A stretch of DNA of 64,000 nt from Saccostrea echinata (GCF_033153115.1 NW_026889755.1:10168001-10232000); one strand, 5' to 3'; numbered from the stretch's first letter, positions 37,545-52,388 are shown. Numbers and translations are program-made. The notes: generated from the sequence alone by a model not told the origin.

Positions 37545-38060
37545 CACTGGGTGAAATAAGCAGTTTCCCGTTATGGGAAACTATATGGAAACCACATGGA
37601 AACCAAGTTTACATCATGTTTCCTAGTGGTTTCCGCAGCGGATGCCAGGTTATTCCGTCAAGTTTCCGTACCAAGGAAACTACTACGCTCCGATTCCATT
37701 AGGTATCCCGAACCACGGAAACCTCAGGAAACCTGAAGTTTCCCGAGCCTCCATGTAGTTTCCCGTAATGGGAAACCCGAAGATTCCACTGGTTTCCATA
37801 ATAAGGAAACTTGATGGAATCCTCAGATTTCCCATGAACGGAAACTAGAGGAAACCTCGTGATTCCTGAAGTTTCCATGACTCAGGAAACGACATGGAAT
37901 CGGGGCATAGCGGTTTCCGTTTGATGGAAACTTGGTAGAATTATCTGGTGTCTCATAAAAGGAAATTACAGGGAAATTTCAAGATTCCCTTATTTTTCTG
38001 AGACGGGAAGCAATGTGTAATTGTGGTGTAATAGTTTCCATACCATGGAAACTACAGGGT
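37545..38060. repeat. Dense GGAAAC/GTTTCC motif array starting with CACTGGG; probable EnSpm/CACTA-like terminal region
   Basis: Many ggaaac/gtttcc motifs in both orientations with internal inverted symmetry around 37800. No partner end found. Confidence 0.5.
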
Positions 38061-40234
38061 AGGTTGAGCATTTCAATTTCGCAAAATGATTGACAAGCAA
38101 CTGGAAGCTCAAGGATCCCTGTATTTTCCATGATAAATCTCTCTTGTCTAGAATGTGAAAAGAAAACAGCAGGTTTAATTAAATCAAAAAATATATTATT
38201 AATTTCCTTGGTAAACTGTATTTTCTTTTCAAAATCTATCAAGAAAATATATAAAAAGGAAAAAGAATTATCAAATCATATGTTTAAAAATTCATTTGAT
38301 GTGCAAAACCTTTACTTGAAAATGATATCAAAATAAATAAAGTCATATATCTTGGTATACAATGAAGTAGTCTTTCACATCTAAGTCCATTCATAAACTT
38401 CATTAAATACTCTATACTTCTTTCAACATCAGCTTCCTTTGTATTTTCTTCACATCATCTGCAATCTGCAATATATTTTCATACAAAATTATTATTTGAT
38501 GTAAGAATTGTATGCTTGAATATTATTTAGAAATCTGACAAGATCACTCAATGTCCTTAAATGTACCAATATCAGTGATTAGTTTCAGTCTTTAAATTTA
38601 ATGACCATGAAATCTGAATAATGAACATTACATAGTAAGGTTTTAAGCCAGATTAATATTAAAGCAGGTATGTTTGAGAATATGACCATCTCATACATGT
38701 AGAACACTGCTTTTAGTTGAGTGAATTGGAGAGATATGTGCTCTTGACGAGGATATTACAAATCTTTTTTTTTCTTATTAATTGACATTTGACCTAGAAA
38801 TTTTGTTAAAGATCACTGAAAACCCTTCATCCCATGGCATACAAGCCAGATCATACCTAGGGAGAAAAATTATGCTCTGGATATATAGTGTATTTTGATA
38901 CTGACCTTTGACCTAGATAATTGGTCCAAGGTCACTTTTTACCCTCCATCCACAGGCACTCTATGAGTTAAATTTAGTGAGATTGGGCTGAGGAGAGAAA
39001 ATATACTCGGGACAAGTGATATCAGATGGACAGACAGATCTTCTCATGGCATCTGCAGAACAGGACCCTAAAAAAAACAATGCACATACATGTTAAGCTA
39101 TATCCATACGAGTCAATATGAATTCATCATATGTTGCATTGCATACACATGCTTTAATCATGTTTAATACCTTATGAATAATTTCATATTGCATGTTCAC
39201 TCAGTTTACATACAAATAATCTAAATTTCATCAAAAACGACCAAACATATCAGCCATTCAAGATTTAGCTAATCAACATTCAGTACAAGTTCTATATGCT
39301 ATATCATATGTACAGACACATACTAGTATTATTAACCTACATTCTAAATCTTGTTTAATGTCACTGAAAATTAAGGCGATAGCCATTAACCAATTTTTAC
39401 CCCCAATTTACATACATGCATGTTGTAATGTTTGTTCAAAACTTCTCATTTATAAATATTACCTTATAGTATATTTAGTTAACATATACCTACAGTTAAA
39501 GCTTCAAAGTGTTTCATTGAATATTTTAGAAATTACAGTCATCAAAATACTGACCAGCCAGAAATCAGTATATTTTTACTTTTCATTATTGTCTTGTTTC
39601 ATTTAACATGTTTCAATGTTAGAAAGTTTTAGTAAGTTATAATATTTACTACTTTAGCATAGCCATACAGTTGAACTTTGGCATCTCGAACACAGACATC
39701 TCGAATACCATAGATATGTCGAAGTAATTTGGAAGTATTCTTTAAATATTTTACTCCTGATATCTCGAATCCTCAAATACATGTATCTCAAAATAATTTC
39801 AATTGAACTTTGAACCTTGACAAAAGGACTCTTAAACAAATATTCATTATTCTTAAAATAAAGTCTACAGGTTACAAAATTATAAGTTGCTCAACAATGA
39901 TCATATCAATAATATCTAAAAGAGTTGATCATTTCCCCTTGGGGTGAAGGGGGGGGGGGGAGGGGGGGCTTCCTCTATACAATTTAAAATATCTTTACTT
40001 TGTGTCAACCTTGGTTAAAATTAGTGGTTCTTGAGAAGTAGAAAATGTGAAAAGCTCACAAATGGATAGACAGTTTGATGGACAAACGACGAAAGGTGAT
40101 CAGAAAAGTTCACTTGAGTTTCTAGCTCGGGTGAACTAAAATCCTCACTACATGGTGTATATTATGCTAGGTATCATTCAGACAGAAAATTTTATAGAGA
40201 AGTGAAAAAGACTCCAAGCCATACTATTTCAAAA

Positions 40235-40676
40235 GGCCAAACAAAAAATATGTCTGTTTACTGTTACATGCTGAAATAAAATAGGGTCGGTAGGTAGGAT
40301 TTTTATTTTATTTTATTGAATTTTGTTATACACAAATTCACATGCATTGGTTGAAATACAAAACAGTTTTACCATTGTGTGGTGCTTTACCTTTGTTTGG
40401 GCTTGCCATATGGGCGATAGACAATATCTTTCTTGCCAACTGCTTTACAGCTACCACACGATGAAAAAACTGTCTTTTATTTCTTCTTTAATTCCATGTA
40501 GCACTAACTATTTCTAGTACTTTCGATTTCAAACGCTTGACCGATTAAGATGCATGTAAAAGTTAAACCGACGAATGAGTGACTTCTGGATTTTCACGAT
40601 GAAAAAAAATTTGGGTTGGCTATTAGATATAGGGTCGGTCGGGTAACCGTTAATAAACATATTTTTTTATTATGCT
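40235..40676. mobile_element. Degenerate Harbinger-like MITE
   Basis: ggccaaacaaaaaatatg start and agggtcggtaggtagg / gggtcggtcgggt subterminal motifs, as in the 15893 family. Confidence 0.5.
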
Positions 40677-43600
40677 TAACCTGTTGTAGTTTGCAGCTGG
40701 TAGTTCAAAATTCCAATTAAAATTGGAATCAAGTTCTTTTCTTTTAATGCAATTGTCATACATGCCTATTTATGATTGAATTAATTACCACTTACCACAT
40801 GATTACATCTTGATTCATCATACATCTTTAGTTACTGGTGCTCCTTTAATGTCAGTTCTCTCCTCTCTGAAAGAATATATTATGTACAGTTACTATTGCA
40901 TTCTGATTTCACTTATAGACCAACAATAAACAAGAGTCCCATGGGTCACACTGCTCACCTGAGCACTTTGGGAAGGAAAAAGCATAAATCAGTTCAGTAT
41001 TAAAAAGTTTAAATACAATGGTTCGGAGGGGGGTGGGTGAATTCTACACTTTCTAAAGATGCTTTCGAATAAATATGACACATATTAGCATTGCTGTTCT
41101 TAAGAAGAAATTTTTTTAAGGTCTTCCGTTTTCACGGAAGACATATAGTGATTCTACTGTTTCTTCTTATTATTTTTATTATTTTTTTTGACTTTCTAAT
41201 TTTGTGCACGCGATTTCTCGAAGACTATTGCATAAAATTTTCAGGAAAGATGTGTCGTAACATGAACTTGATCTATCTGAGAGAAAATTTGGAAATTTAC
41301 TTCCGGTGCCAAGTTACTGACCATTTTCTGAATTTAAAATTACATTTTGTCCGCGGATAATCTCAGGAACGGTAAAATATGAGTTTCTAGTTATTATTAT
41401 TATTTTTCCGCCCATGTAATTTTGTGCACGCGATTTCTCAAAGACTACTTGATGGAATTTAATGAAATTTGCAGGAACAATGTGTTGTAATCTGAAGTTA
41501 TTTTATCCGAGAGATTTTTTGGAAAATCACTTCCGGTGCCAAGTTGCAGACCATTTTCTGAATTTAAAAAGACATTCTGTCCGCAGATAATCTCAAGAAT
41601 GGTAAAAGATATCAATGTGAAACTTTCAAGGATTATAGATCGTTGTAAATCCTAGCGGGACATGACCTTAAGTTCGTTGTCGGTACTTCCGGTCGTTAGC
41701 GGATGCGAATTTAAAAACTTGAATTTTCTAATTTTTTTGTTTTTCAATATTTTTCTTTGATATAAGTAGGGTTAATAGAGGCATTTCCAAGAAGGCTTAA
41801 TATATAATTTGTTTAAAAATTGATAAATCTAAACTCTAGGTATTCGCAGTTTAAAATTTGAAGCGGGTTCAAAATGGCGGCTGTCCCCGTAAACTCCGAC
41901 AAGCAGGTCGACACTCGGAGCTCTTCGGGTGGCTGGTACCTCGCACACTAACCTACTACGTCAACGGTGTTCTATTATTTCGGGTTTAATCCCGATTATG
42001 TCTGAATTTTCTTTCTCATTTTTTACGTTTTCATTTTTATAAATGTTGTTTTTTCTGTGTGAATCCTGCACTATTTTCATTTGTTTTAAATAAATCCTTA
42101 AAAATCTTTGCATTTTAGAAGGACCTATGTTATATTTTACGGACATTGGCAAATCAAAGTTTTCCTAAGAAAAAAAAGGTTAAATACATGGTTTTTTTCA
42201 CTTATGAAATACTGATTGAGAGTTATCTCCCGTGTAGAATTCTCTAAGCGGTGAAAACCAATAAAGCATATGTTTACAGAGGTAAACAAAAAGCATGTGT
42301 ACTTCCTTCAACGAGTAGAATCATCTATACAGCAAGAGAGAAAAGTAGTAATGGCTTTGTTGTATATTGTATTCAGGAGACAAAGAGCCAACAGGTCGTC
42401 ATTTACCATAATTATGCTCAGTATGCTGGGAAAGGCAAAGATGTGACATATGCTGAAAGGTAGACCGACTGAGATCAGTTTCTAGGTTGTATGAAGGAAG
42501 CACCATTTAGTAACTACGAATAAAGATTGAAATAAATCCATGCCAATATTTTTTATGACAATGTGTTTCAATCAATTCAGTCAATTACATGATAGAATCA
42601 GTCAACCAGTCTGACTCTTCTGATGACCCTTATGAATAATATGTAATTATAGCTGTTAAGGGAAGTAACTCAAAAATAGAGATCGATGCCGGTATGTCCT
42701 TGTCTTCTTTCTATCTTTACATTTTCAGCTAAAATATGTAGAAGTCATAGGACATGAAAATACAATAATGTATATAAAACAAAAACCATATGAAATAAGT
42801 GAGTTTTGGAGAAATATTATGTTGAAAAATTATGTAGGTCCCTTTTATCAACATTTTACATAGGAAATACATTGAGAATTGCAAAAACAAAAAACAAAAA
42901 CCCTGATTTGACAAAATCTAAAAAAGAAAGAAGGTTGGCTTGGTAGGTTAAACAATCCAGAAAAATTCTATACGAAAAGTTGTCTGAGCAAGAACTCGAA
43001 AACGATAAAAGATTAAGACACCAAACTTATATGAGCAACAGTCCTTAAGAGTCATTCTCTGTAAGCATCAAAGAATTTAGAAAAAGGTTGGAAATGGTAC
43101 ATCACAGATTTGGCTGATAGTTTGCATGTAATGTAGAAACGCCATGTATAGATAATATTTGGGGTCAACAGACAAATTTGAGTACCGGTTGCCATGGTTA
43201 CCGAAACCGCCATTTTTAGCTCATAAACGAGCAGCATTCTATTAAAATTATACCAACTTCATCTTAATTTTTTATTTTCTACACATTTCATACAGGATTG
43301 ACAGTTACCTATTCTGATGTATTATTTATAGGAGTAACTACCGCAATTAGTGTATTAATTCAGTAGTTGGTCATAAATGAATGATCTTTCAATGAAAAGT
43401 TTCAATTTTTACAAATTTAACAAATTTTGAAAAATGCAGATTTTGGGCATTTTCTACAAATAATAGCAAAAAAATGCAGGCTCTCCATAGCAAATGACCA
43501 CCATCATGTAAAAGTTCATTCCATACTAAACAAAATATAAAATTTCTAGAGTGGTAATATTTCTTAAAATAAAATAAAATGAAAACAAAAATGGTTGCTA

Positions 43601-44434
43601 TGGAGAATTTGGATTAATTTGTAGAATCTATATTTGACTGTTTTTTTTGTACATATCTGCTTTCATTAAATCCTTAATGAAAAAATAACTCTTTAATGTA
43701 CCTTTTCATTTCACTCAACATTTAAACAAAATAGAAATCTGAAATTTAAAAAAAAAATACCATGTTGCTATGGCAACCAAATAGTTCAGGATATTATCAA
43801 TGTACACATCCTTGAATGTTATGTTTCTTCTTCAATAAAATAAATCATGCTAATTAACCTTGTCATTTCAGTTGCATTAAAATAGAAAAATAAAATAAAA
43901 ATAAAATAGAAATTCATTAAAGAAACACATGCTTTGGCAACCACATTATCATAGTTCAGGAACAGTCCCTATTATATTGATATTATCAAAATACAAAACT
44001 AGAGACTCAGTACTTGATCAACTTCTAATCACGCACTTACCCTCACATACACAGAAGAACACTTACATTAATAAAATACAAATATATCAAAATTACTGCA
44101 ACAGGAGTGGTTTTGCACTATGTTGTTTCCATGGAAACAAACAATAAATGGATGTATAAGCAATAACTGTCCATATAAAATTCAATGGAAATTCCCTTTA
44201 ACATCCTTTTTTGCAGTAACCCCCCCCCCCCCCCCTTGAAAGTCAATTTTATGTGCCTCATATTTTGCAATACAAAATATGGTTGGATGGAAGGCAGAAA
44301 GGAGAATGGAACAACCAAAAATGCACATGACAAGTTATATAATTTGTCATGTGCATCTTTGGCTGTTCCATTCTCCTTTTTTGATGGAGGGCAATAAGGA
44401 GAATGGAACAACCAAAGATTCACATGACAAATTA

Positions 44435-44641
44435 CTGTAAACCAACTATTATTCGCGTCATCTTTTATTTGCGATTTTTCAGTTTGAAAACAATCCGCAA
44501 CGATTATTTTTCGTGACTGAGGAAATGTCCTTTACAAATATATAGCAAGATAAATGGTTCGCAGCGATTAATATTCGCAAGTTAAGATAGGTCGTGAAAA
44601 TCGCAGATATTTTTCGCACCTGAATGAAAATTGGTTAACAG
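44435..44641. mobile_element. TA-flanked Tc1/mariner-type MITE
   Basis: ta|ctgtaaaccaa ... ttggttaacag|ta, inserted at the centre of a palindrome. Confidence 0.7.
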
Positions 44642-45202
44642 TATATAATTTGTCACCTTCATCTTTGTTGTTCCATTCTCCTTGCTGCCCTCCATCAGTT
44701 TACATTTTTGCTCATGTAAAAAGAAACTGTTGAAGATATAATTGTCTATCATCAAACACTGATTAATTTTGGTAATCACAATTCAAACATTTCAAGATTT
44801 TGTGATGTTGACCCTCCCTTTTCACTGCATTGCTATTACATTTCCTAATGTTGATTATACTCATTGACTCTGACATTGACCTTGACCTAATTTTGCATTG
44901 ACCTTGCTATCTTGAATTTCATACAACTTGAAGACAGAACTTCAACCATGCTAATATTCGACTCTGAAATCATTATTCATGACTTTGACCTAACTTGATC
45001 AATTTTTCTACTGGTCAGAGACTATCCTCCCTGCAAGTTTAGTCAGACTTCAATATCACTTGGTACGTGAGTAAACTAAATCAAGAATCATTTTATTTAT
45101 AAGAATAAAATTTTGAGTCAAGGAGCTTCTCTTTTTTTTTTTTAATTATAATAACAAACAGTAGTCTTGTTAGAGACACATTGTACATGTATTTTGATTT
45201 TA

Positions 45203-45592
45203 GGCCAAAAAAATGATAGTCTTGTTTCCTGCTACCAGCCTGAAAAAAATAGGTAGGAAAATTATTTTACCTTTTTCCGACAGCTTTTTTTTTGGGATAT
45301 GAACTAATACAAGATCAAATTAAACATGTCACAGGTCAATATTGTCTGTTAAAATTAAATTTCATGTCTTTTGATGCACAACTCAGGTGGTATATTTTGA
45401 AAGTCCATTTTGAAACATAGAATTTCATGAAATGCTTGTTTTGTGTTAACACGGAAACCAATTACGGTGATAGAATGATGAAATTCCCTATTTTTTTCTT
45501 CCAAAACTAAAACTTTAGCGTTGGGCGCAAAAAAAAAAAAAGGTCGGACGGGTAGCAGGAAACAAGACTAATTATTTTTTTTTTTTTTGGCC
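45203..45592. mobile_element. PIF/Harbinger MITE, inverted sister of 15893-16312
   Basis: Same TIRs, TTA TSD, internal reverse-complement similarity. Confidence 0.88.
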
Positions 45593-46972
45593 TTAGTTTA
45601 AGTTATTAAAGTTATGTTAAAAAAACTACATATTCTTGCTGGCATGCCAAGAAACAAGAAACAGAACAATATGAAATTCTGACTTTAATGAAAAATTACT
45701 CTCATGAACTAGAGGGTACTCTTTAATACAAATATGTATTTACTATAAAATAATACGACTAAAACAATCCTTCACTTCTAATTAGGCATCAAGTAGCATC
45801 CCTATTATGCTTATTGTCAATAATGGTTGCATAATTTCATGAAAAAAAAATTATTTTATGAATCTTATAAAAAAAATTTAAAAAATTTCTCTTTTCATCT
45901 GTCCGGATTCTGCATTTTAGATGATTTCACTTGTGCAATCGCATAATGTCATTGCAAATGTTTTCTCGGATTTGATTATTTCTTTGTAAATTCACCATAT
46001 TAAGCATAAATTTCTCAGTTCCAAATGAGTATTCCAGCAATTTTGTGCACTGTTCCCTATAACAAACAAGATATAGATCAATTAGCATTTATATAAATAA
46101 ACACTTAAAAAAAGCAAAAAAACAAACCAAAAAAAAAAAAAAAAAACAAACAACAAAAACCCAGAGCCATTAAATGCAAATAATGCAGCAAACATTGACA
46201 ACTGCATGCATCAATTTAATTATATAAAAAATACAGCTTCAATCACCCCCCCCCCCTTTCTTTTCCATATTTTAAACAAAAGCAAATCTCCACTACACTC
46301 TCTACACAAGATTATTTGAAGTTAAAATGAACATTTCAGCTTTTGCATTACCGAGATACAAAAATTTATATTTTGATTCTTTATATCAAATTTTATAAGG
46401 ATATCTCATTAATTACAGAATTCTATTAAGTATGAAGTAGTACTGTTTTAATAATGAAAATTTCTTTCTATATTTTAAACTTTCTTACGTAGTTGCCATT
46501 ATATAATGTAATTAGAGATGATAAAACAAATTGAAGTTATTTTTCTAATTTTATATAATTAGTTCTTAAATGAAATAGCACATGACACTACCCCCCCCCC
46601 TCCAAATAAAAAAAATCCATACAAACAAAATTAAGCACTGAGCACACTGAAACTTACAAAACCTGCAATGTTGTGTTTTGTTTAGCAATGTGATGATTTT
46701 ACATGTGTTTACATTCTACCTGGATCAACATGTAAAAACAGTTGTTGTGGAAAGAAATAAAAGACGTCTTGATCGTATAGTGGTTTATTTGAGACTTGTT
46801 ATTATCTATAGAAACAAACGAAAGTGTTATGACGTCACAACAAAGTCAACGTTACATGAACTCGCGGATAATCCATGACACTCCGGGCACCAAAATGAAT
46901 AGTAAAATTTTAAAAAACTCATATTAAATTAACAGTTCCAGTGAAATAAAAAGCAAGTTCATAATCACTAAA

Positions 46973-49900
46973 TTAAGAGGTCCATTCACGGATTCTTTCT
47001 TTGGCTTTTGTTTTTGATACTCGATCAGAAGATTGTATTTGAAGTTCGTTCTCATTCACTTCGATTGGATATAGTTTCAAAATTGGTCTATTGGTAAGTC
47101 CATTTTTGGTCCGTAAAGTGGCAGCTCTGACGAATCCGTCTCTCCCCTGTATGAGTTCATCCACGACAGCTAGTTTCCACATGATCCGAGGTTTCTCCTC
47201 ATGGATTTGGACAATGTCACCGACTTTAATATTCTGCGACCTGTTTCCATTTGCTGTATGGTACTCTCTCAGTGATGTCAAATATTCTCTCTTCCAGCGG
47301 CTCCAAAAGTGATTTAAAATAGTATTCTGATTATCCAATCGTTGGTTTAGACGATGGCAAGTCAATGAATGACAGTCGTTTGAATTCTCTGGGTCCTCTG
47401 TTGGGTATGGTAAGGAAGTCAGTCTTCTTCCGTACAGCAAATGTGATGGTGTTAATGGCTCTGGATCCTCGAGGTTCGATGAAACGTATGTTAACGGACG
47501 GTCATTTACTATCGCTTCAACCTCTGTGACTACAGTTTGTAAGGTTTCTAAATCGATGTATGAACGGCCGATTATTTTCTTCAGTGTGGATTTGGTAATT
47601 CCTATGAGTCGTTCCCAAAAGCCTCCATACCATGGAGCTGCCTTTGGAATGAATTTCCAAATAACTCCTATATTTGCGAGTTCTTCTTTAATAGTTTTAG
47701 ATTCAAACAGTTGTTGCAGGTAATTCGCTGCGGACTTGAAAGTTGGCGCATTATCTGAGATGATTATTTTAGGCACGGACCTTCGGCTTGCAAATCTACG
47801 GAACGCCCGTAAAAATGACTGTTCGGATAAATCATTGACTGTCTCTAGATGAATTGCTCTTGTATTAGCACATGTAAATAGGCAAATATAAGCTTTGGAT
47901 TGTCTTCGGTTCCGTTCCTTAACGAATAAAGCTCCTGTGAAGTCTACTCCCGTAGTAGTGAATGGCGCTGATTCCTCTGTACGAAAATAGGGTAAAGGCG
48001 GTAGCTCTGGTGAGGAATAGTGTTTTCCATTTACAGTTCTGCAAATTACGCAATTCCGAGTGACAGAATTTACAGCCTGTCTGATTGCTGGTATCCAAAA
48101 CTTTTGTCGGATGCATGACACTGTCGCATTCGTACCAGAATGGCCACTCCGCTGATGAGCGTCTCTGATGATCAAGTGTGTAACAGTGTCCTTCTTTGGA
48201 AGTAAATAAGGGTTCTTTGTCTCGTTGTCTATTTCGGCATAGCAAATCCTACCTCTACAGCGTATGCATCCATCAGCATCAAGAAATAGACGAAGTTGTC
48301 TGATAAGAGATGGTTTGGCTCCATTGGAATTCATTTTCATAATCTCCTCGGAAAATGAGTTCTTTTGACATCCTTTTATTAAGTTCTTTTCGGCTCTGTA
48401 CAGCTCTTCGGATGTTAAACTGTTGAATTCCCTGTCGCATGTGTGAACTCGACAATTTTTTACAAATCGTAATACAAATGCAACTACATGTAGTAGTTTT
48501 TTATAATCGCTGAATCTTGATACGTCGATGATGTTCAGAATGTTTTCAGGTTTAGTAGTAAGGTCGTTTGACGTTGTGCATTTCTCTTGTGTCTCCATTA
48601 CAGACTGTACTGAGGTCGGTTGTGGGTTCCAACATGGCCATGCCTCTCTGTTGTAAATCCATGATGGACCATGTTTCCATAAGGCACTGTTCATAAATGA
48701 AGTTGCGTCAAGTCCTCGGGTCAGTAGATCAGCAGGGTTGTCATGTGTTGGACAGTATTTCCATGTAAATGCACTACATAATTCACGAATTTCGAATATT
48801 CTGTTTGCCACAAATTTTTTCAACAGTTTTTTTGCTAGATAACCAGTGTAACACAATTTGGCTGTCTGACCAGTAGACAATATTCATTTTTGGTAATGAG
48901 TTTTGCAGGTGATTTCCTAGTCTTGCGGCAATTAGTGCTGCCATCAATTCTACCTGTGGAAGTGTGAGTGATTTAAGTGGTGCAACTCTATTTTTTGCCA
49001 TGACTAAATTTGATTCGCTTCTGTTGCAGATATATGCAGCAGCTCCATAAGACTTTGTACTAGCGTCTGCAAAGATGTGTAGTGTTGTTTCACCGTCCAC
49101 CTTGTTAAAATATTTCCTTGGAAATTGAACTGATGATGCGATGTTCAGATCATTTGCAAGAGAATTCCAAGTCTTACAAATTTCATCTGGTACTGGGTTG
49201 TCCCATTCATACCTTTGTTTCCAAAGTGACTGTAACAATATCTTGGCTCTCACCGTGACTGGGCTCAGGATACCAAGTGGGTCGTATATTTGTGATGAGT
49301 ATTGTAGTATCAATCTCTTTGTAACGGTCTCAAGTTTTGGTATCTCTCGTTTCGCAAATGACAGTTTGTCGTTCATTGGGTCCCAGCGTAATCCTAGTAA
49401 TTTTATTACATCGTCCGAGTCGTTTAATCCATGATGCATGGCTTCAGTGTGAAGTAGCTTACTGTTTGATGCCCATGATCTAAGTTTCATTCCTGCATCC
49501 ATCTTGATCTTCCTTGATTCCCGAAAGTACTCAATAGCATCAGTTTCACTTGCAAAACTGGATATCACGTTATCCACATACAGATCTCTCCTCAGAATAC
49601 CTGCACTTGTAGAGTTCTTGTTCTGTAGATGCTTCAGAATTGTCGCATTTAACATAAATGGGGAGCAAGTGGCTCCAAACAGCACTGCTTTGAAACGGTA
49701 AGGCACTAATGAACTGTTGAGATCATTCGGATCCTTCAACCAAAGGAATCTCGTTGCATCTCGGTCATTCTCATGTAAACCAACGTGCAGAAATGCTTTT
49801 TCAATATCAGTGGTTACAGCAAATTCGTGTAATCGAAATCTTGTCAGAATTGATGTCAAATCATTTAAGATGGGTGGCGTTGAATCCAAGCAATCGTTAA

Positions 49901-52360
49901 AGCTCGGCTTGTCACGTGATTCGCGGCAGCTACAGTCGTACACTATCCTGATAGTTGTGGTGCTGGAATCTTTTTTGACATAGTGGTGTGGAATATAATG
50001 TACCACAGAAGACGTTTTTGTATCCTCTGGAACCTTTTCTATGAATCCTTTTCGTTCCTGTTCCTCGATTATCTCACTGTATTTTTTCAAAAGTTCTGGG
50101 TTGCTACTCAGTCTGTTGATAGTACTTTGGGTTCTTTTCAGTGCAATTCCATAATTCGATGGTAGCTCAGAATGGTCATGTTTCCATGGCAACTTGGCGT
50201 AGTATTTGTCGTCTCGAAACTCGATGCATTTATCTTGGTACATCTTAACTTTATCACTGAACTCGTTCTTATCTGGTGTGTCCGTAATTCCAATGTTCTC
50301 TAATTCCCAGAAGCGTTCCAGTGCTTGTTCTATTGACGTATGCATAGCTATAACGTTGTATATGTGATCACTGACACTGTCTGTACAAGATGATTGAGAA
50401 GTTGGTCCTGAAAGCAGAAATCCAATCTTCGACTTCACAGCAGTTGGTCCCGGTCCCCGTTTGACTTGGTTTTCTACAATTCTCCAGTAATGATCTGCTC
50501 CAATTAAAAACGAAATTACAAATTCGCTGTCAGCTGAAACCGGATGTGCTAATTTGAGTCCTTGAAGGTACGGTAGTCTTTTTACTTCAGAAGAGTGGTA
50601 GCTGGTTAGAGGGCTTGCTATGGATGGTACTATCAGAACATTAATAGCAATCAATTCTCCCGAGTCGGTTATCAAATCGATGTTTGCACTATCTAGATAC
50701 TGGACACTTCCATTTTCCCCAAAAGTAGCTAGTTTAATTGCTTCAGATTTCCTTTGTGTGATTTCTAACTCATTTGCGAGTTTTTCTGTTATGAACGATC
50801 TTTGCGATCCTTCATCAAATAAAATATTAGCATCGGTTGTCTGATTTTCATGACTCACCGGGGCAATGGCTGTTTTCAGTAAAACATTTGTAGGTCGATG
50901 TTCAACGTTCAGTACTTTGGTTTCTGACTTCTTACTCGTTTCTACAATGTTGACACTTGTTGATTTGGTGGGCTCGTCTCTGTCCCTCGTTAGTTTCATG
51001 TTGCATATACTTCTGTGGTGTTTTTTCTGACACTTTTTACACCTGTTGCGGGATTTACAATCTGAGGCGCGGTGGTTTCCCAAGCAGTTGAAACATAATT
51101 TCTTCCGTTTTAAGATGTCGAATCTTGCACTTATGTCTGTAACTTTCTTACAATCCCCTGGAAAATGATTCTCTGTGCAGCAATAAATGCATGGGCGGCT
51201 CTTCATCTCTGTTGTTTCAACATGAGGAATTGACTCTCTCGTTTTCTGGTTATGTGAATAACGAACGTTGTGTTGTTTCTTTGAGGCTCCGGTAAGAAAC
51301 ATTGCTGTTGCGTGAAATCCATCACTGTTTTCAATCTGGCCTGATTCAAGGATTGTGACTTCTTTGCTGATAGCTTTACGAAGATTTTGCAGTGAAATGT
51401 TGTCACCATCGTACTCACGTGCAATGTTTTTCCTAATTTCAGTTGGTAGCTTGTTGATTATGACTGGAATAAGTAATGCTCCAAACATCTCTTGTCTTTG
51501 TCCTAGACACTCTAAGCTCCTGACATGAGATTCCAAGAAATCTCCATAATTTCTTAAGCTAATGGCATCATTTCTGGGGGCAGGAAGTTCGATGAGAGCT
51601 CTCATATGAGCGTTAATAATTTTCTGTGGCTGACCAAATCGTTCTTTGAGCAAGTCTATTGCCGTTTCGTAATTAGCATTTTTAAGCCCAAATCCTGCTA
51701 TTGTTTGTGCTGCTGTGTCGCGTAGTTGAGCTTTGAGATAGCTAAACTTTTGAATTGGCGTTAAAGTATGATTGCAATGAATCGTTGATTCGTAGGAATC
51801 CAAAAATGTATTCCATTCTAACACATCCCCGTAAAAATGCGGAAGATCTAACTTTGGTAATCGGTGATTATTCGTGGCGTGTTGGGATGTTAATGACAAA
51901 ACATTTTCCTGGCTACTTTGTGCATTGAGATCAGAGGCAGGGACATTGTTCAAAATATTCTCACAAGCCGTTTCACTTGAGTTAATTGTAGCTGACGTGT
52001 TAACGTTATTATCATAAATTTCTGTGGCGGGTATGAAACACTCAGCATTGGCATTCAAGTTTTACATGGAATTTTTTCTGTAAATTTTTCCGTTTGCCTA
52101 ATTTTACAGTCTAATTCATACATGTACTCATCTGTATTTACGATTTCTGTTTCGATGTCCTCTTCAGATAGGATATCCAATATGCGGTCGTTCAATTCTT
52201 GTAGGGTCTGCCTTTTCAGCGCGAGAGACTTTCTAATTATGTTGATTTCCTCGGTAATTTCTTCACTGGCTGGATTTTCCTTCAAGTCCAAAAACCGTCC
52301 AAATAGCTTTGTAACTGCTGATCGGTTGCCGGCTCGTATAGCTTTTAGTCTTCCTTCCAT
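46973..52360 (-). pseudogene. BEL/Pao gag-pol polyprotein, broken by two frameshifts (about 52060 and about 48830)
   Basis: LPKLDLPHFYGD gag, three CCHC knuckles, protease LFDEGSQRSFI, RT DIEKAF...YVDN, RNase H IFADAS...DNPAD, integrase HHCC and D-D-E. No env. Confidence 0.93.
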
Positions 52361-52388
52361 TGTATATGTACTACGCAGAATTCCGTCG

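Noticed and set aside
48825-48840. Programmed frameshift in BEL/Pao pol
   Set aside because: It falls inside RNase H at an A7 run. BEL/Pao elements normally have one ORF, so this is a mutation or homopolymer error.
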